Source of the DNA: Phycisphaera mikurensis NBRC 102666
GTDB lineage: Bacteria > Planctomycetota > Phycisphaerae > Phycisphaerales > Phycisphaeraceae
Reading direction: 5' to 3'
Assembly (NCBI RefSeq): GCF_000284115.1
Contig: NC_017080.1
Location: 3,030,001 to 3,062,000 of the forward strand
Length of the DNA: 32,000 nt
The notes beneath the pieces are model-generated. The model saw nothing but the letters and a program-made list of their open reading frames with translations. It was not told the DNA's origin and ran no database searches. The position numbers and the translations under genes are program-made. Below are positions 8,691 to 18,460 of this stretch, one piece after another (within the stretch, counting starts at the first letter, position 1; each line of letters begins with the position of its first letter).

Positions 8691-8738
8691 CCCGCGGACC
8701 GCGGGCCTCAGGGCCTCGCAGCGGCGGCGGTCCGCGGG
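8691..8738. terminator. GC-rich stem-loop of the CCGCGGACCG/CGGTCCGCGG family, 11 nt after the FG-GAP gene stop
   Basis: CCCGCGGACCG (8691-8701) is the reverse complement of CGGTCCGCGGG (8728-8738). The first arm is also self-palindromic (CCCGCGG-A-CCGCGGG). Confidence 0.45.
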
Positions 8739-8876
8739 AGCGCCGCCGGCCGTCGCGGCCGCGGGACCCGCCTGCGGGGCCCCGCCGCGATCGGGCCGAT
8801 GGGGAGGGGCCGACGAGGCCGGAACGCCGGGTTTGCGTCCCGGCTCGCTTCGCGACAACCGCTAGAATCCTGACTC

Positions 8877-9125
8877 ATGTCTTCTTCTTCCAAGCTCCGC
8901 CGCCTCCGCGTCTTGGAGACGCACCAGCTCCCGGGCACGCTCCGCCGCCTCAGCGGCGATGCCGGCCTCGTGCTCGTGGGCCTGCTCGCCTGGTGGGCGC
9001 TGCCCTTCCAGCAGCCCGGCTCGGTCGCGATCGTCGCCGGGACGGTCAGCCTGCTGCTCGCGAGCGTGCTGCTGCTCAGCGGCCACAACGCGCGGCTCAC
9101 CCGGCGGGCTCTGGAGTCGACCTGA
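8877..9125 (+). CDS. Small hypothetical membrane protein (82 aa, two predicted TM helices)
   Basis: ATG was verified and is preceded by a TAGAAT -10-like hexamer. GC3 is very high. Hydrophobic segments are LVLVGLLAWWALPF and VAIVAGTVSLLLASVLLL. Confidence 0.65.
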   Translation: MSSSSKLRRLRVLETHQLPGTLRRLSGDAGLVLVGLLAWWALPFQQPGSVAIVAGTVSLLLASVLLLSGHNARLTRRALEST

Positions 9126-9210
9126 GCGCCGGGGTTGGCGGGAGACTCCCGGCCGTCCCGTGCTCCCACCAGCGGTCTGCCCCGACGTGCGCCGTCAGGG
9201 CCGGGAAGCC

Positions 9211-10404
9211 TCACACGCCGCGGGTGCCGACGCTCGCTCCGCCGATGCGGTGCGGGGCGAGCCGCTTCCGGTCGAAGTCCACGCCGGTCCCGGGGGAGGT
9301 CGGCGCCACCGCCCGGCCCCCGACGAGGGTGACGGGGTCGAGGATCCACGCCTCGATGGGGAAGCTGTGCCACTCCATCCACCCGCCGTGCCGCTGGCTC
9401 GCGACGAGGCTGACGTGCAGCTCGTGCATGCCGTGCGAGCAGACGGGGATGCCGTGGCGCTCCGCGAGGGCGGCGACGCGGAGCCAGCCGGTGATGCCGC
9501 CGCAGTTCGAGGCGTCCGGCTGGATGTAGGAGAGCTTTGCCTGATCGAAGGCGTAGCCGAATTCATGGATCGTGTGGAGGTTCTCTCCCATCGCCAGCGG
9601 AACCCCGGTGGCGTCGGCGATCCGGGCGAACCCGAGGTAGTCGTCGGGCAGCGTGGGCTCCTCGAACCAGAGGATCCCCGACTCGGCGAACGCCCGGGCC
9701 GCGGCGATCGCGCGGTCGACGCTCATCGCGTAGTTCGCGTCCACCATGAAGGTGACGTCGTCGCCGATCGCGGCGCGGACCGCCCGCACCCGGTCCGCGT
9801 CGGTGGCGAGGTCGGGCAGGCCCACCTTGATCTTGACGCCCTCGAATCCACGCTCGACGGCCCCGGTGACGCTCCCGATGAGCTCGTCCCGCGTGAAGGC
9901 GAGGTCGATGCCGCCGTGATAGACGCGGCAGTCGCCCCGCTCGCCGCCGAGCAGCTCCCAAAGCGGCAGGCCCGCGCGGCGTGCCGCGAGGTCCCACAGC
10001 GCGATGTCCACGGCGGACGCGGCGAAGGCGGCGATGCCGCCGCGGCCCACGTAGTGCAGGTGCCACTCGATGAAGTCGCTGACGCCTTCGACGTCGAGAC
10101 CGTTCTTCCCGAGGAGAGCCTCGGCGAGGTCGTGCTCGAGCACGGCCGCGATCGCGTGCCCGCCCTTGCCGCCCGTGTAGGTGTAGCCGGTGCCGGTGGA
10201 GCCGTCGGCGAGGGTGATCGTGACCGTCACCAGCTCGAAGTGGGAGTGGCTGCCGTGCTTGGCGTCGACGAGGACGCGGGCCAGCGGCACCGCGTACAGA
10301 TCGATCGCCACGCCCCGGATCGCGAGCTTCTCGGCCCCTCCGCCCGACTGGGGCGATGCGGCGGCGGCGGCACGCTTCGGGAGGGCGCCGTTGCGGGCGG
10401 GCAT
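9211..10404 (-). CDS. Enolase-superfamily enzyme (mandelate racemase/muconate lactonizing family); candidate 3,6-anhydro-galactonate cycloisomerase or sugar-acid dehydratase
   Basis: [34 protein letters not shown] and [13 protein letters not shown] match the metal-ligand and barrel motifs of the MR/MLE subgroup. ATG candidates are at 10404 and 10428; the longest ORF (10671) is an extension. Confidence 0.85.
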   Translation of the reverse strand: MPARNGALPKRAAAAASPQSGGGAEKLAIRGVAIDLYAVPLARVLVDAKHGSHSHFELVTVTITLADGSTGTGYTYTGGKGGHAIAAVLEHDLAEALLGKNGLDVEGVSDFIEWHLHYVGRGGIAAFAASAVDIALWDLAARRAGLPLWELLGGERGDCRVYHGGIDLAFTRDELIGSVTGAVERGFEGVKIKVGLPDLATDADRVRAVRAAIGDDVTFMVDANYAMSVDRAIAAARAFAESGILWFEEPTLPDDYLGFARIADATGVPLAMGENLHTIHEFGYAFDQAKLSYIQPDASNCGGITGWLRVAALAERHGIPVCSHGMHELHVSLVASQRHGGWMEWHSFPIEAWILDPVTLVGGRAVAPTSPGTGVDFDRKRLAPHRIGGASVGTRGV

Positions 10405-10495
10405 CGGGGGCGTTTGGAGGGGTTGCATGAGGATCCGTGGGCCCGAGAAGCGGCCGCCGCGGAACCGGGACGGGCTCAGCCAGCCGGACGTGCCA

Positions 10496-10532
10496 ATTGT
10501 TGACACTATAGACGGCATCGGACCGCTGCCAA
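10496..10532 (-). promoter_or_regulatory. Candidate sigma70-like promoter of the enolase-family gene with overlapping operator-like motif (site B, ATTGTTGACACT 10496-10507)
   Basis: The minus strand reads TTGGCA (10532-10527), a 16-nt spacer, then TATAGT (10510-10505), followed directly by GTCAACAATTG. Confidence 0.5.
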
Positions 10533-10576
10533 GCGGGAGGCCCGCGGCCGGCGGGTTCCCGCCCGCAGCGGCTAAG

Positions 10577-10588
10577 GTTGTTGACAAT
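10577..10588. promoter_or_regulatory. Operator-like motif site C (GTTGTTGACAAT), 58 nt upstream of the aldehyde dehydrogenase start
   Basis: It has the same 12-mer core as sites A and B and lies in the divergent intergenic region. Confidence 0.45.
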
Positions 10589-10645
10589 CCGCGGCGGCCG
10601 GCACCCCCCCCGGCCGCCGCCGCCCACCCTCCCGAGCCTCCTGCC

Positions 10646-12109
10646 ATGCCCGCAACCGCCCCCGACGTCACCGCCTACGCCTGCTTCCTCGACAACGGCT
10701 GGGTCCACGCCGACGGCGGGGCGACCACCGAGGTCCGCAACCCGGCCACCGGAGCCGTCTACGCGACGGTGCCGGCCTGCTCCAAGGCGCAGGCCGAGTC
10801 GGCGCTGGAATCCTCGGAGCGGGCCCAGCCGGGCTGGGCGGCGCTGCCCGCTCAGCAGCGGGCGTTGTACCTGCACAGGATCGTCGACGGCCTCCGGGCC
10901 GAGCGCGAGCACTTCGCGGGGTTGCTCGTGCAGGAGCAGGGCAAAACGCTGCCCGAGGCACGCGGAGAGGTCGACGACACGATGATGTACCTCACCTACG
11001 CCGCCGAGGCGGCGCGGCGGCTGGAGGGCAGCATCTTCCCGGCGGATCACCCGGACGAGTCGCTCTGGATCACCAAGGTTCCCTTCGGCGTCACCGTCGG
11101 CCTGTGCGCCTTCAACTACCCGCTGGCGCTGATCGGCCGGAAGGTCGGTCCGGCGCTGGTCACCGGCAACACGATGGTGCTCAAGCCGCACGAGGCGACG
11201 CCGGTGACGGCTTCGGAGTTCTGCCGCGTCGTCGAGGAGGCCGGCCTGCCCGCGGGCGTCATCAACATGGTCACCGGCGGCGTCTCGGAGGTCGCCTCGA
11301 CGCTGGTCTCCAGCCCCCGCACCCGCCTGGTCACCGTCACCGGCAGCATCCCCGCCGGGCGGGCGATCTACGCCGCGGGGGCCCAGAACATCACCGCGAT
11401 GTCGCTGGAACTCGGCGGCAAGGCGCCCTTCATCGTGCTCGACGACGTGGACATCGACCAAGTGGTCGAGGCCGCGGTCGTCTCGCGCTTCGCCAACTGC
11501 GGGCAGGTGTGCATCTGCAACGAGATGGTCCTCGTCCACGAGAGGATCGCGGACGAGTTCACCGAGAAGTTCCTCGCGCGGGCCGGCAAGCTGCGGGTGG
11601 GCGACCCCATGGCCGACGGCACCGACATGGGCCCCTACACGACGCCGCAGGGCGTCGAGAAGTTCGAGCAGGTCGTCGCCGCCAGCGTCGAGCAGGGCGC
11701 AGAGGTCGCGCTCGGCGGCAGGCGGGCGGCGGTCGACGGCTTCGAGGGCGGCTACTGGTTCGAGCCGACGGTGCTCGTGAACGCGACCCGCGACACACCG
11801 GCGGTGGAGCACGAGGTCTTCGGCCCGGTGCTGCCGATCGTCAAGATCTCCGGCTACGAAGAGGCCGAGGCGATGGTCAACGGCCGCGACGAGGGGCTCT
11901 CCGCTTACCTCTGGACGCAGAACCACCGCACGATCATGAAAGCGACCCGTGACCTCGAGGTCGGGACGGTCTTCGTCAACAAGGGCATCTGCGGATCGGT
12001 GCAGGGCTTCCACACCGGCCACAAGTGGAGCGGCCTCGGCGGCGAGGACGGCGTGCACGGCATCGAGGGCTACCTGCAGAAGCGCACGATCTACATGAAC
12101 TTCGCGTGA
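10646..12109 (+). CDS. NAD(P)+-dependent aldehyde dehydrogenase; candidate 3,6-anhydro-L-galactose dehydrogenase
   Basis: ATG was verified at 10646. Motifs include [32 protein letters not shown] and [12 protein letters not shown] (catalytic Cys region), with an [16 protein letters not shown] signature. Confidence 0.9.
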   Translation: MPATAPDVTAYACFLDNGWVHADGGATTEVRNPATGAVYATVPACSKAQAESALESSERAQPGWAALPAQQRALYLHRIVDGLRAEREHFAGLLVQEQGKTLPEARGEVDDTMMYLTYAAEAARRLEGSIFPADHPDESLWITKVPFGVTVGLCAFNYPLALIGRKVGPALVTGNTMVLKPHEATPVTASEFCRVVEEAGLPAGVINMVTGGVSEVASTLVSSPRTRLVTVTGSIPAGRAIYAAGAQNITAMSLELGGKAPFIVLDDVDIDQVVEAAVVSRFANCGQVCICNEMVLVHERIADEFTEKFLARAGKLRVGDPMADGTDMGPYTTPQGVEKFEQVVAASVEQGAEVALGGRRAAVDGFEGGYWFEPTVLVNATRDTPAVEHEVFGPVLPIVKISGYEEAEAMVNGRDEGLSAYLWTQNHRTIMKATRDLEVGTVFVNKGICGSVQGFHTGHKWSGLGGEDGVHGIEGYLQKRTIYMNFA

Positions 12110-12224
12110 GCGAGCACGCGGCGCGCGACGCCGCCGCCATCCCCCCCGAGGCTCCACCGAGCGGCCGCGCGTCGTCCCGCGGGCAAACCTCCCGCCTCGC
12201 CTCACCGCGGAGCGGAGCTTCCGC

Positions 12225-12995
12225 TCAGCGACCCATCCACCCGCCATCGACCAGCAGGATCGTGCCGTGCACGTACGCCGCGGCGTCGGAGGCGAGGAAG
12301 ACGGCGGGCCCCTTGAAGTCTTCGGGGTCGCCCCACCGCCCCGCCGGGATCCGCGACAGGATCGACGCGCTGCGGTCGGGGTCGTTGCGCAGCGCCTCGG
12401 TGTTGTCGGTGCTGATGTAGCCGGGCGCGATTGCGTTGACGTTCACGCCGCGGCCGGCCCACTCGTTGGCCAGCGCCATCGTCAGCTGCCCGATGCCGCC
12501 CTTGCTCGCCGCGTAGCCGGGAACGGTCACGCCGCCTTGGAAGGTCAGCAGCGAGGCGGTGAAGATGATCTTGCCGCGGCCTCGCGTCAGCATCCCCCGG
12601 CCGATCTCGCGGCTGAGCACGAACTGCGAGGACAGGTTCACCTCGATGACCTTGTCCCAGTCGGCGTCGGGGTGCTCGGCGGCGGGCGTCCGGAGGATGG
12701 TGCCGGCGTTGTTGAGCAGGACGTCGATGGGCGGGTTGTCCGCCTGCACCTCGGCGGCGAAGGCGGTGAGCGCGGCCCGGTCGGCAAAGTCGCAGGCGTA
12801 GCCGCGGAAGCTCCGCCCCAGCGCCCGCACCTCTTCGCCGACCTCGCCGCCGTCGGCTTCGAGTGTGGCGCTCACGCCGAGAACGTCGGCGCCGGCCTCG
12901 GCCAAGCCGACGGCCATCGCGCGGCCGATGCCCCGCTTGCAGCCGGTCACGAGCGCCGTCCTGCCGGCCAGAGAGAAGGGGGAGGGGTGGGTCAT
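12225..12995 (-). CDS. kduD: 2-dehydro-3-deoxy-D-gluconate 5-dehydrogenase-like short-chain dehydrogenase/reductase
   Basis: ATG was verified at 12995. Motifs are TALVTGCKRGIG (cofactor motif), NNAG and YAASKGG (catalytic YxxxK). The tail NVNAIAPGYISTDNTEALRNDPDRSASILSRIPAGRWGDPEDFKGPAVFLASDAAAYVHGTILLVDGGWMGR closely follows the KduD pattern. Confidence 0.85.
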   Translation of the reverse strand: MTHPSPFSLAGRTALVTGCKRGIGRAMAVGLAEAGADVLGVSATLEADGGEVGEEVRALGRSFRGYACDFADRAALTAFAAEVQADNPPIDVLLNNAGTILRTPAAEHPDADWDKVIEVNLSSQFVLSREIGRGMLTRGRGKIIFTASLLTFQGGVTVPGYAASKGGIGQLTMALANEWAGRGVNVNAIAPGYISTDNTEALRNDPDRSASILSRIPAGRWGDPEDFKGPAVFLASDAAAYVHGTILLVDGGWMGR

Positions 12996-13043
12996 GCGGG
13001 GCTCGGTCGGGACACGGGTCGGGCGGCGGGCGGCGGGGAAAGC

Positions 13044-14063
13044 TCAGCCGCGGCAGTCGATCAGGATCTTCATGTGGTCCGGGCTGTTAGACAGCGAATC
13101 AAAGGCTTCATCGACCCGCGTCAGCGGGTACTCCCCGGTCACCAGGGGGCTCGGGTCGATGGACCCGTCGGCCAGCATCGCGATCGCCCGGTCGTAGTCC
13201 TGGGGCTCGTAGACGCGGGTGCCGATGATCTTCAGCTCCTTCCAGAAGACCTGGAACAGGTCGACCTTCGCCGGCTCGGGCACGATCGCCACGACGACCA
13301 CCCGGCCGCGGACGCAGGCCAGGTGCGTCATCTGAGCGATGGCGGGCGCGGCACCGGAAACCTCGAAGACCACGTCCGCCAGCTCGCCGCCGTTGTGCTC
13401 TTTCACGAAGGCCGGCACGTCCTCGCTCACGGGGTTCACGCCGGCGACGCCCAGCGTTCTCGCCAGCTCCAGCCGCTTGGGGTTCACCTCCGAGAGGATC
13501 ACCTCCGCGCCGGTGGCCCGGGCGACCATGGCGATCAGCATCCCGATCGGCCCGCCGCCGAGCACCACCGCCGCCTCGCCCGCTCGCAGCCCGGCCATCC
13601 GCACGTCGTGGCAGGCCACCGCCAGCGGCTCGACGAAGGCCGCCATCTTCAGGTCCAGCCCCCCGGGCAGCTCGTGGACGAGGCCCGCCGGCACGGTCCA
13701 GCTGCCCTGGAAGGCGCCCGGCGAGTCGATGCCGATGAAGTTCAGGTTCGTGCACACGTGGCCGAAGCCCTTCCTGCAGGCGGCGCAGTCGCCGCAGGCG
13801 TCGAGCGGGCGGACCACCACGGCGTCGCCCGGCTCCACGCTCGTGACGCCCGGCCCCACCTCGGCCACGGTCGCGCTCGCCTCGTGCCCGATCACCTCGG
13901 GGAAGGCGACGCGCCGGTCCATGTGCCCCTTGAAGATGTGCAGGTCGGTGCCGCACACGCCGCAGAAGGCGACCTCCAAGCGGACCTGACCCTCCGCCGG
14001 CGCAATCGACTCGGTGTCCTGGATCTGAAACGACTTGTCGGCTTGGAGGAGCGCGGCGGGCAT
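13044..14063 (-). CDS. Zn-dependent medium-chain alcohol/polyol dehydrogenase; candidate 2-keto-3-deoxy-L-galactonate 5-dehydrogenase
   Basis: ATG was verified at 14063. Motifs are GVCGTDLH, GHEASATV, the structural Zn site DACGDCAACRKGFGHVC, and the Rossmann segment VVLGGGPIG. Confidence 0.9.
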   Translation of the reverse strand: MPAALLQADKSFQIQDTESIAPAEGQVRLEVAFCGVCGTDLHIFKGHMDRRVAFPEVIGHEASATVAEVGPGVTSVEPGDAVVVRPLDACGDCAACRKGFGHVCTNLNFIGIDSPGAFQGSWTVPAGLVHELPGGLDLKMAAFVEPLAVACHDVRMAGLRAGEAAVVLGGGPIGMLIAMVARATGAEVILSEVNPKRLELARTLGVAGVNPVSEDVPAFVKEHNGGELADVVFEVSGAAPAIAQMTHLACVRGRVVVVAIVPEPAKVDLFQVFWKELKIIGTRVYEPQDYDRAIAMLADGSIDPSPLVTGEYPLTRVDEAFDSLSNSPDHMKILIDCRG

Positions 14064-14105
14064 GGGGAGGCTCTGAAGTTGCGGTGAAGCTCGGCGGGAG
14101 CCCGC

Positions 14106-15158
14106 TCAGGCGTGAACGGGCACGTGGCTGGTGAAGCCGCGGATGTACTGCCATTTCCAGTCGGGCCCGTACTTGTGGCACAAGCCCCAGCGGACGCTGT
14201 TGAGCGGGTGGCCGTCGGGGTCGTCGCCTCGCCAGAGGCCGATCGCCTCGGGCCCGCCCTTGATGTGGGCCTTGATCTCGAAGTTGATCCCGTCCTCGGC
14301 GTACTGGAACGTGTTCCGCTCCACGCCGTCGGTGGTGAGCAGGCCGGCGATGCCGCCGCGGTACGGCCACACGCACACCTCGTGCCCGCTGTTGCTCACC
14401 GGGTTGTAGGGGCTCTTCTCGTAGGGCCCGGTGGGGTGGTCGGCGATGGCGACGCCCCAGGCGATCTCCCGCCCGCCGTAGGTCAGCTCCTCGCCCATGC
14501 GTTCGCCCTTGTAGTAGAGGTAGAACTTGCCCTGGAAGGGCAGGATGCACGGGTCGTGCGTCTTGTGGCTGTCGAAGCTGCCCTTGGAATGCACGTGGAA
14601 ACGGTTGTCTTCGTCGCCACGCCACTGCCCATCCTGCGCCGGCGAGAGCACGGGGCCGTCGACCTTCTCCCACGGCCCGAACGGCGAGTCGGCGACGGCC
14701 ATCGAGACGTGCTCGCACACGCGGTTGGTGTAGGGCGACTCCACCGTCTGGTAGACGAGGTAGTACTTGCCGCCGTGGGCCAGGATCTCCGGCGTGAAGA
14801 CCGAACGCTCGTCGTAGGCGCCCTTGGGCCCACGCCCGACGGCGAGGCCTTCCTCCTTCCACGTCTCGCCGTCGGGCGAGGTCGCATGCCAGACCTCGCA
14901 CTGGTCCCACGGGAAGACCTTCAGGCTCTCGTCCCCGGTGCCGAAGCCCGCGGAGGCGCCCTCGCCCCGCGTGTACCAGCAGTGGAAGACGCCATCGACC
15001 TTGATCAGGGCGCTGGGGTCGCGGCGGATGACGCCTTCCTCGTAGGCGAAGTCGCCTTGGAGGTCGTGCTCCTTGAACTCGCAGTACCACTCGGGGCCCT
15101 GCGTGTAAGCCAGCGCCCGCTTGGAGGCGGCGCTGAGGAACCGGGTGTCGTCGCTCAT
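14106..15158 (-). CDS. Cytoplasmic five-bladed beta-propeller glycoside hydrolase, GH117-like (alpha-1,3-(3,6-anhydro)-L-galactosidase / neoagarobiose hydrolase-like; clan with GH43)
   Basis: ATG was verified at 15158, with GGAG 11 nt upstream, and there is no signal peptide. The N-terminal [52 protein letters not shown] resembles my memory of GH117 enzymes. RDP is the clan GH-F catalytic-Asp context. The longest-ORF TTG (15218) lies inside operator site D. Confidence 0.8.
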   Translation of the reverse strand: MSDDTRFLSAASKRALAYTQGPEWYCEFKEHDLQGDFAYEEGVIRRDPSALIKVDGVFHCWYTRGEGASAGFGTGDESLKVFPWDQCEVWHATSPDGETWKEEGLAVGRGPKGAYDERSVFTPEILAHGGKYYLVYQTVESPYTNRVCEHVSMAVADSPFGPWEKVDGPVLSPAQDGQWRGDEDNRFHVHSKGSFDSHKTHDPCILPFQGKFYLYYKGERMGEELTYGGREIAWGVAIADHPTGPYEKSPYNPVSNSGHEVCVWPYRGGIAGLLTTDGVERNTFQYAEDGINFEIKAHIKGGPEAIGLWRGDDPDGHPLNSVRWGLCHKYGPDWKWQYIRGFTSHVPVHA

Positions 15159-15207
15159 GTCGTGGATCTCCGGGAGGCCGCCGGGACGCGTGGCCCGCGC
15201 GGGGATC

Positions 15208-15219
15208 GATGTTAACAAT
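15208..15219. promoter_or_regulatory. Operator-like motif site D (ATTGTTAACATC on the minus strand), 50 nt upstream of the GH117-like gene
   Basis: The plus strand reads GATGTTAACAAT. The core carries a single G-to-A change relative to sites A-C. Confidence 0.4.
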
Positions 15220-15229
15220 CGACGCCGTG

Positions 15230-15275
15230 CCGCGGACCGCGGGCGTTTTTCGTCGAAACCGGCCGCGGTCCGCGG
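15230..15275. terminator. 13-bp stem / 20-nt loop hairpin of the CCGCGGACCGCGG family, between the pyk stop and the GH117-like promoter region
   Basis: CCGCGGACCGCGG (15230-15242) and CCGCGGTCCGCGG (15263-15275) are exact reverse complements. Each arm is itself palindromic. The loop contains TTTTT on the plus strand. Confidence 0.5.
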
Positions 15276-15366
15276 AGGCGGCGGCGGGCGCAGCTTGTGC
15301 GTCGGGCACCCGGGGACGCGTCGCTGCGCGACCTCTCGCGGCCCGATGCGGTGGTGCCGCGGCCTG

Positions 15367-16881
15367 CTAGGCCAGCGGCGCCCGCAGCTCGTGGATGCGG
15401 ATCTTGTTGGTGACCCCCGGGGTGCCGATCGGCTCGCCCTTCACCACCAGCACCGTCTCGCCCGCCTCGGCCCAGCCGCGGCCGACGATCGTGTCGTCGA
15501 TCGTGCGGATGAAGGACTCCGTGCCCGGCGGCGTCTCGACCAGCACCGGGTGGATGCCGTAGAGCAGCGTCATCTGCCGCTCCGCCCGCGGGCTCGAGGT
15601 GAAGGCGATGATCGGCCGACGCAGGCGGCAGTGCGAGAGGTAGCGGGCGCCGCCGCCGGTCTCGCTCCAGATCACCACGTAGCGCGGCTCGAGTTCCTCC
15701 ACGATGGCGGCGACGCCGCGGGCGATGGCCGCGGCGCGGTGGTCGCGCAAGCCCTCCGGCGCGGGCCGCTGCGTCGGCTTGAGGCCGCTCCGGGCCAGGT
15801 AGCCCTCGGCGATCCGGGCGGTGCGGGCCATCGTCTTGACGGTGATGACCGGGAACCGCCCCACCGCCGTCTCGCCGGAGAGCATGGTGGCGTCGGCGCC
15901 GTCGAGGATCGCGTTTGCGACGTCGCTCACCTCCGCCCGCGTCGGGGTCGGGGCCGAGATCATGCTCTCGAGCATCTGCGTCGCGACGATCACCGGGCGG
16001 CCCATCGTGTGGGCGTGCTTGACGATCTGCTTCTGCAGCACCGGCACCTCGGCCACGTCCATCTCCACACCCAGGTCGCCGCGGGCGACCATCACCCCGT
16101 CGCTGGCGGCAAGGATCGCGTCGAGCGCCTCGATCGCCTGCGGCTTCTCGATCTTCGCGATCACCGGCAGCCGCGTGCGGCTGTTCATCGTGCGGTTGTC
16201 GCGGCCGAGCGACTCGAGCAGGTCGAGCAGCTCGTCCACGTCGGCGGCCTTCCGCACGAAGGAGAGCGCCACGAAGTCGAGGTCGTTCTCGACCGCCCAC
16301 GCCGCGCACCGCCGGTCCCAGTCGGTCAACGCGGGGGCGGAGACTTCGGTGTCGGGCAGGTTGATGCCCTTGCTCGGCGAGAGCAGGTTCCCGTGGGTGA
16401 CGCGGCACAGGAGCGCCGGCCGGCCGTCGCCGTCGGGGTGGCTCGCCTCGCGACGCACCGTGGCGAGCATGCGGATCGCCCCGTCGTTGATGAGCACGCG
16501 GTGGCCGGGCTCGACCTCGGTGACGATCGGGTCGTAGGTCGTGCCCAGCCGGATCCGCCCGGGGGTGACGACCACCGCGTCGTCGTCGCCGGCGACGAAC
16601 TCGACGGTGTCGCCGGGGTTGAGCTCCAGCGAGCCGCCGGTCACGCCGCGGCAGCGGATCTTCGGGCCCGAGAGGTCGCCGAGGATGCCCACGGGGAGCT
16701 TGGTCGCGGCGATCCCCTCCCGCGCCGAGGCGAGCGTGCGGGCGAACTCGTCGAAGCCGCCGTGCGAGAAGTTCAACCGCAGCACGCGGACGCCCTCCTG
16801 GATCAGCTTGGCGACGTTGGTCGGGTCGGCGGTGGCCGGCCCGAGCGTGGCCAGCACCTTCGTCAGCACGAGGTCGCTCAT
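15367..16881 (-). CDS. pyk: Pyruvate kinase
   Basis: ATG was verified at 16881, with AGGA upstream. Motifs are [27 protein letters not shown] and [11 protein letters not shown], plus a C-terminal regulatory domain. Confidence 0.97.
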   Translation of the reverse strand: MSDLVLTKVLATLGPATADPTNVAKLIQEGVRVLRLNFSHGGFDEFARTLASAREGIAATKLPVGILGDLSGPKIRCRGVTGGSLELNPGDTVEFVAGDDDAVVVTPGRIRLGTTYDPIVTEVEPGHRVLINDGAIRMLATVRREASHPDGDGRPALLCRVTHGNLLSPSKGINLPDTEVSAPALTDWDRRCAAWAVENDLDFVALSFVRKAADVDELLDLLESLGRDNRTMNSRTRLPVIAKIEKPQAIEALDAILAASDGVMVARGDLGVEMDVAEVPVLQKQIVKHAHTMGRPVIVATQMLESMISAPTPTRAEVSDVANAILDGADATMLSGETAVGRFPVITVKTMARTARIAEGYLARSGLKPTQRPAPEGLRDHRAAAIARGVAAIVEELEPRYVVIWSETGGGARYLSHCRLRRPIIAFTSSPRAERQMTLLYGIHPVLVETPPGTESFIRTIDDTIVGRGWAEAGETVLVVKGEPIGTPGVTNKIRIHELRAPLA

Positions 16882-17029
16882 GGAGTTCCTGGGGGCGTGG
16901 GTCGGCGCGACACGCTGTGCGGGTCGGCGTGGGAGCGAGCGGGCCGCGGCGGCGGAGTGTCGCGACGGTGTCGCGACGGGGTGGCACCCCGTCCCGGGGG
17001 ACGCTCCCGCCCCCTCGCCGGGGGCTCTG

Positions 17030-17572
17030 TCAGTTGAAGTCGCTGAGCAGGGGCATCGTGACGCCGGGCTGTCGCTCGATGACCACCGCAGACCACGGCG
17101 TCGTCGGGTCGCCCCCGACCGCCTCCTCGGGCCGGCGCACGTCGGCGGCCACGGTCAGCTCCGAACCGGTGCGGCGGACCGAGGTGATCTCCGCCGCGTA
17201 GCCGGGGCCGGGCTGCTCGCCCATCCCGAAGAAGACCACCGCCTCGTTGTCGAAGTCCGGCTTCAAAGCATCCGCCACCGGGCCGGGCAGCTCGTCGGGG
17301 TTCTCGATCAGGATCAGCGTGTACAAGGCCGGCGAACCGTTGGAGGCGGCCGTGCGGCGGAGGATCGGAACCTCCCGCGGGGTCGCGTCGGCGTCCGCCA
17401 CGCCCGCCGAAGCGGGGTCGCGGTGGGGGACGCCCTCCGCCGCCGGCGCGGGCGTCGATCCGCAGCCCGCCAGCGCTAGAGACACCGCGACCAGGCCCGA
17501 CGCGATCGCCGCGCGGCACGATGGTGCGAGGGAGGCGGCGGGTCGGGCGAGCGGGAGGCGGTGCATGCGCAT
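17030..17572 (-). CDS. Lipoprotein, possibly PrcB-like C-terminal domain
   Basis: The lipobox is LALAG|C, after a hydrophobic signal segment. ATGs are at 17572 and 17566. VVFFGMGEQPGPGYAAEITSV resembles the PrcB_C pattern, but that assignment is weak. Confidence 0.7.
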   Translation of the reverse strand: MRMHRLPLARPAASLAPSCRAAIASGLVAVSLALAGCGSTPAPAAEGVPHRDPASAGVADADATPREVPILRRTAASNGSPALYTLILIENPDELPGPVADALKPDFDNEAVVFFGMGEQPGPGYAAEITSVRRTGSELTVAADVRRPEEAVGGDPTTPWSAVVIERQPGVTMPLLSDFN

Positions 17573-17612
17573 GGGGAGTTTCACGGGTGCGGGCGGGACC
17601 TTCGGCGCCACC

Positions 17613-18293
17613 CTATCGACGCGCGAGGATCATCCCCTGGAAGCGGCGGCCCTCCGGGATGTACTTCCGCTCGAAGTTGGTGCCGACCCACTCGCCGGGG
17701 CCCGCGGACGCGGGCGGCACGTAGGGCCTCCGCTCGAAGACGTCCTCCACGCGCGCGGCGTGCGCCTGCATCCACTCGAAGTAGCCCTCGTGGTCCGTCG
17801 CCACCCGCAGCACGCCGCCAGGCCCGAGCACCCGGTGCACCTCCCGCAGGAAGGGCTCCTGAAAGCTCCGCCTCTTGTGGTGCCGATCCTTCGGCCACGG
17901 GTCGGGGAAGTAGAGGTGGACCGCCGCGAAGACCCCGTCGCCGCAGTGAGCGCGGACGAAGGCCTCCGCGTCGTGCCACAGCAGCCGCACGTTGGAGAGG
18001 CCCAGGCGACGAGCACGGTCGGCGGCGTGCCGCCAGAAGGGCTTCGCGATCTCGACCCCCAGGAAGTCGGTCCCGGGCTGCAGGGGAGCCTGTTGCGCGA
18101 GGAAGGTGCCCTTGCCCGAGCCGATCTCCAGCTCCAGCGGCCGCTGCCCCCCGTCCGCGTCGGGCTTGAAGCCGAAGACCTCCCGCAGGTCGATCGGCGT
18201 CCGGCCACCGGCCCCCGCGGCCGGCAGCACGTCCCGATCGAAGCCGAAGCCCGAGACGTCCGGAGGATGGTTGCTGGAGAGGGAGGCGGTCAT
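17613..18293 (-). CDS. trmB: tRNA (guanine46-N7)-methyltransferase
   Basis: ATG was verified at 18293. LELEIGSGKGTFL is the SAM motif, followed by FLGVEI, YFPDPWPK.RHHKRR and GTNFERKY. Confidence 0.92.
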   Translation of the reverse strand: MTASLSSNHPPDVSGFGFDRDVLPAAGAGGRTPIDLREVFGFKPDADGGQRPLELEIGSGKGTFLAQQAPLQPGTDFLGVEIAKPFWRHAADRARRLGLSNVRLLWHDAEAFVRAHCGDGVFAAVHLYFPDPWPKDRHHKRRSFQEPFLREVHRVLGPGGVLRVATDHEGYFEWMQAHAARVEDVFERRPYVPPASAGPGEWVGTNFERKYIPEGRRFQGMILARR

Positions 18294-18424
18294 GCGGGCA
18301 CCGTATGGGGGCGGTGCGTGATCCAAGGCTGGGGCATCCGGGAGGAAAGAACGCCTCGGAGTCGAAAGAGGCAACGCGAGGCGGCCACCACCGGCGGACC
18401 GACCCGGCTCCGCCGAGTGCGCGC

Positions 18425-18460
18425 AAAAAACAGGCCCGCCGGACCATCCGACGGACCTGT
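18425..18460 (-). terminator. Strong Rho-independent terminator (14-bp stem, 3-nt loop, U6 tail) on the minus strand
   Basis: The minus strand reads ACAGGTCCGTCGGA-TGG-TCCGGCGGGCCTGT followed by TTTTTT. The stem has two G.U pairs and is otherwise Watson-Crick. Canonical terminators are otherwise absent from this window. Confidence 0.75.

Noticed and set aside
15158-15218. A longer start (TTG 15218) for the GH117-like gene, and TTG 2987 for the pseudopilin gene.
   Set aside because: Both TTGs fall inside the candidate operator or promoter elements and add non-conserved leader residues. Downstream starts have ribosome-binding sites (GGAG before ATG 15158, AAGGAG before TTG 2873) and give family-typical N-termini.
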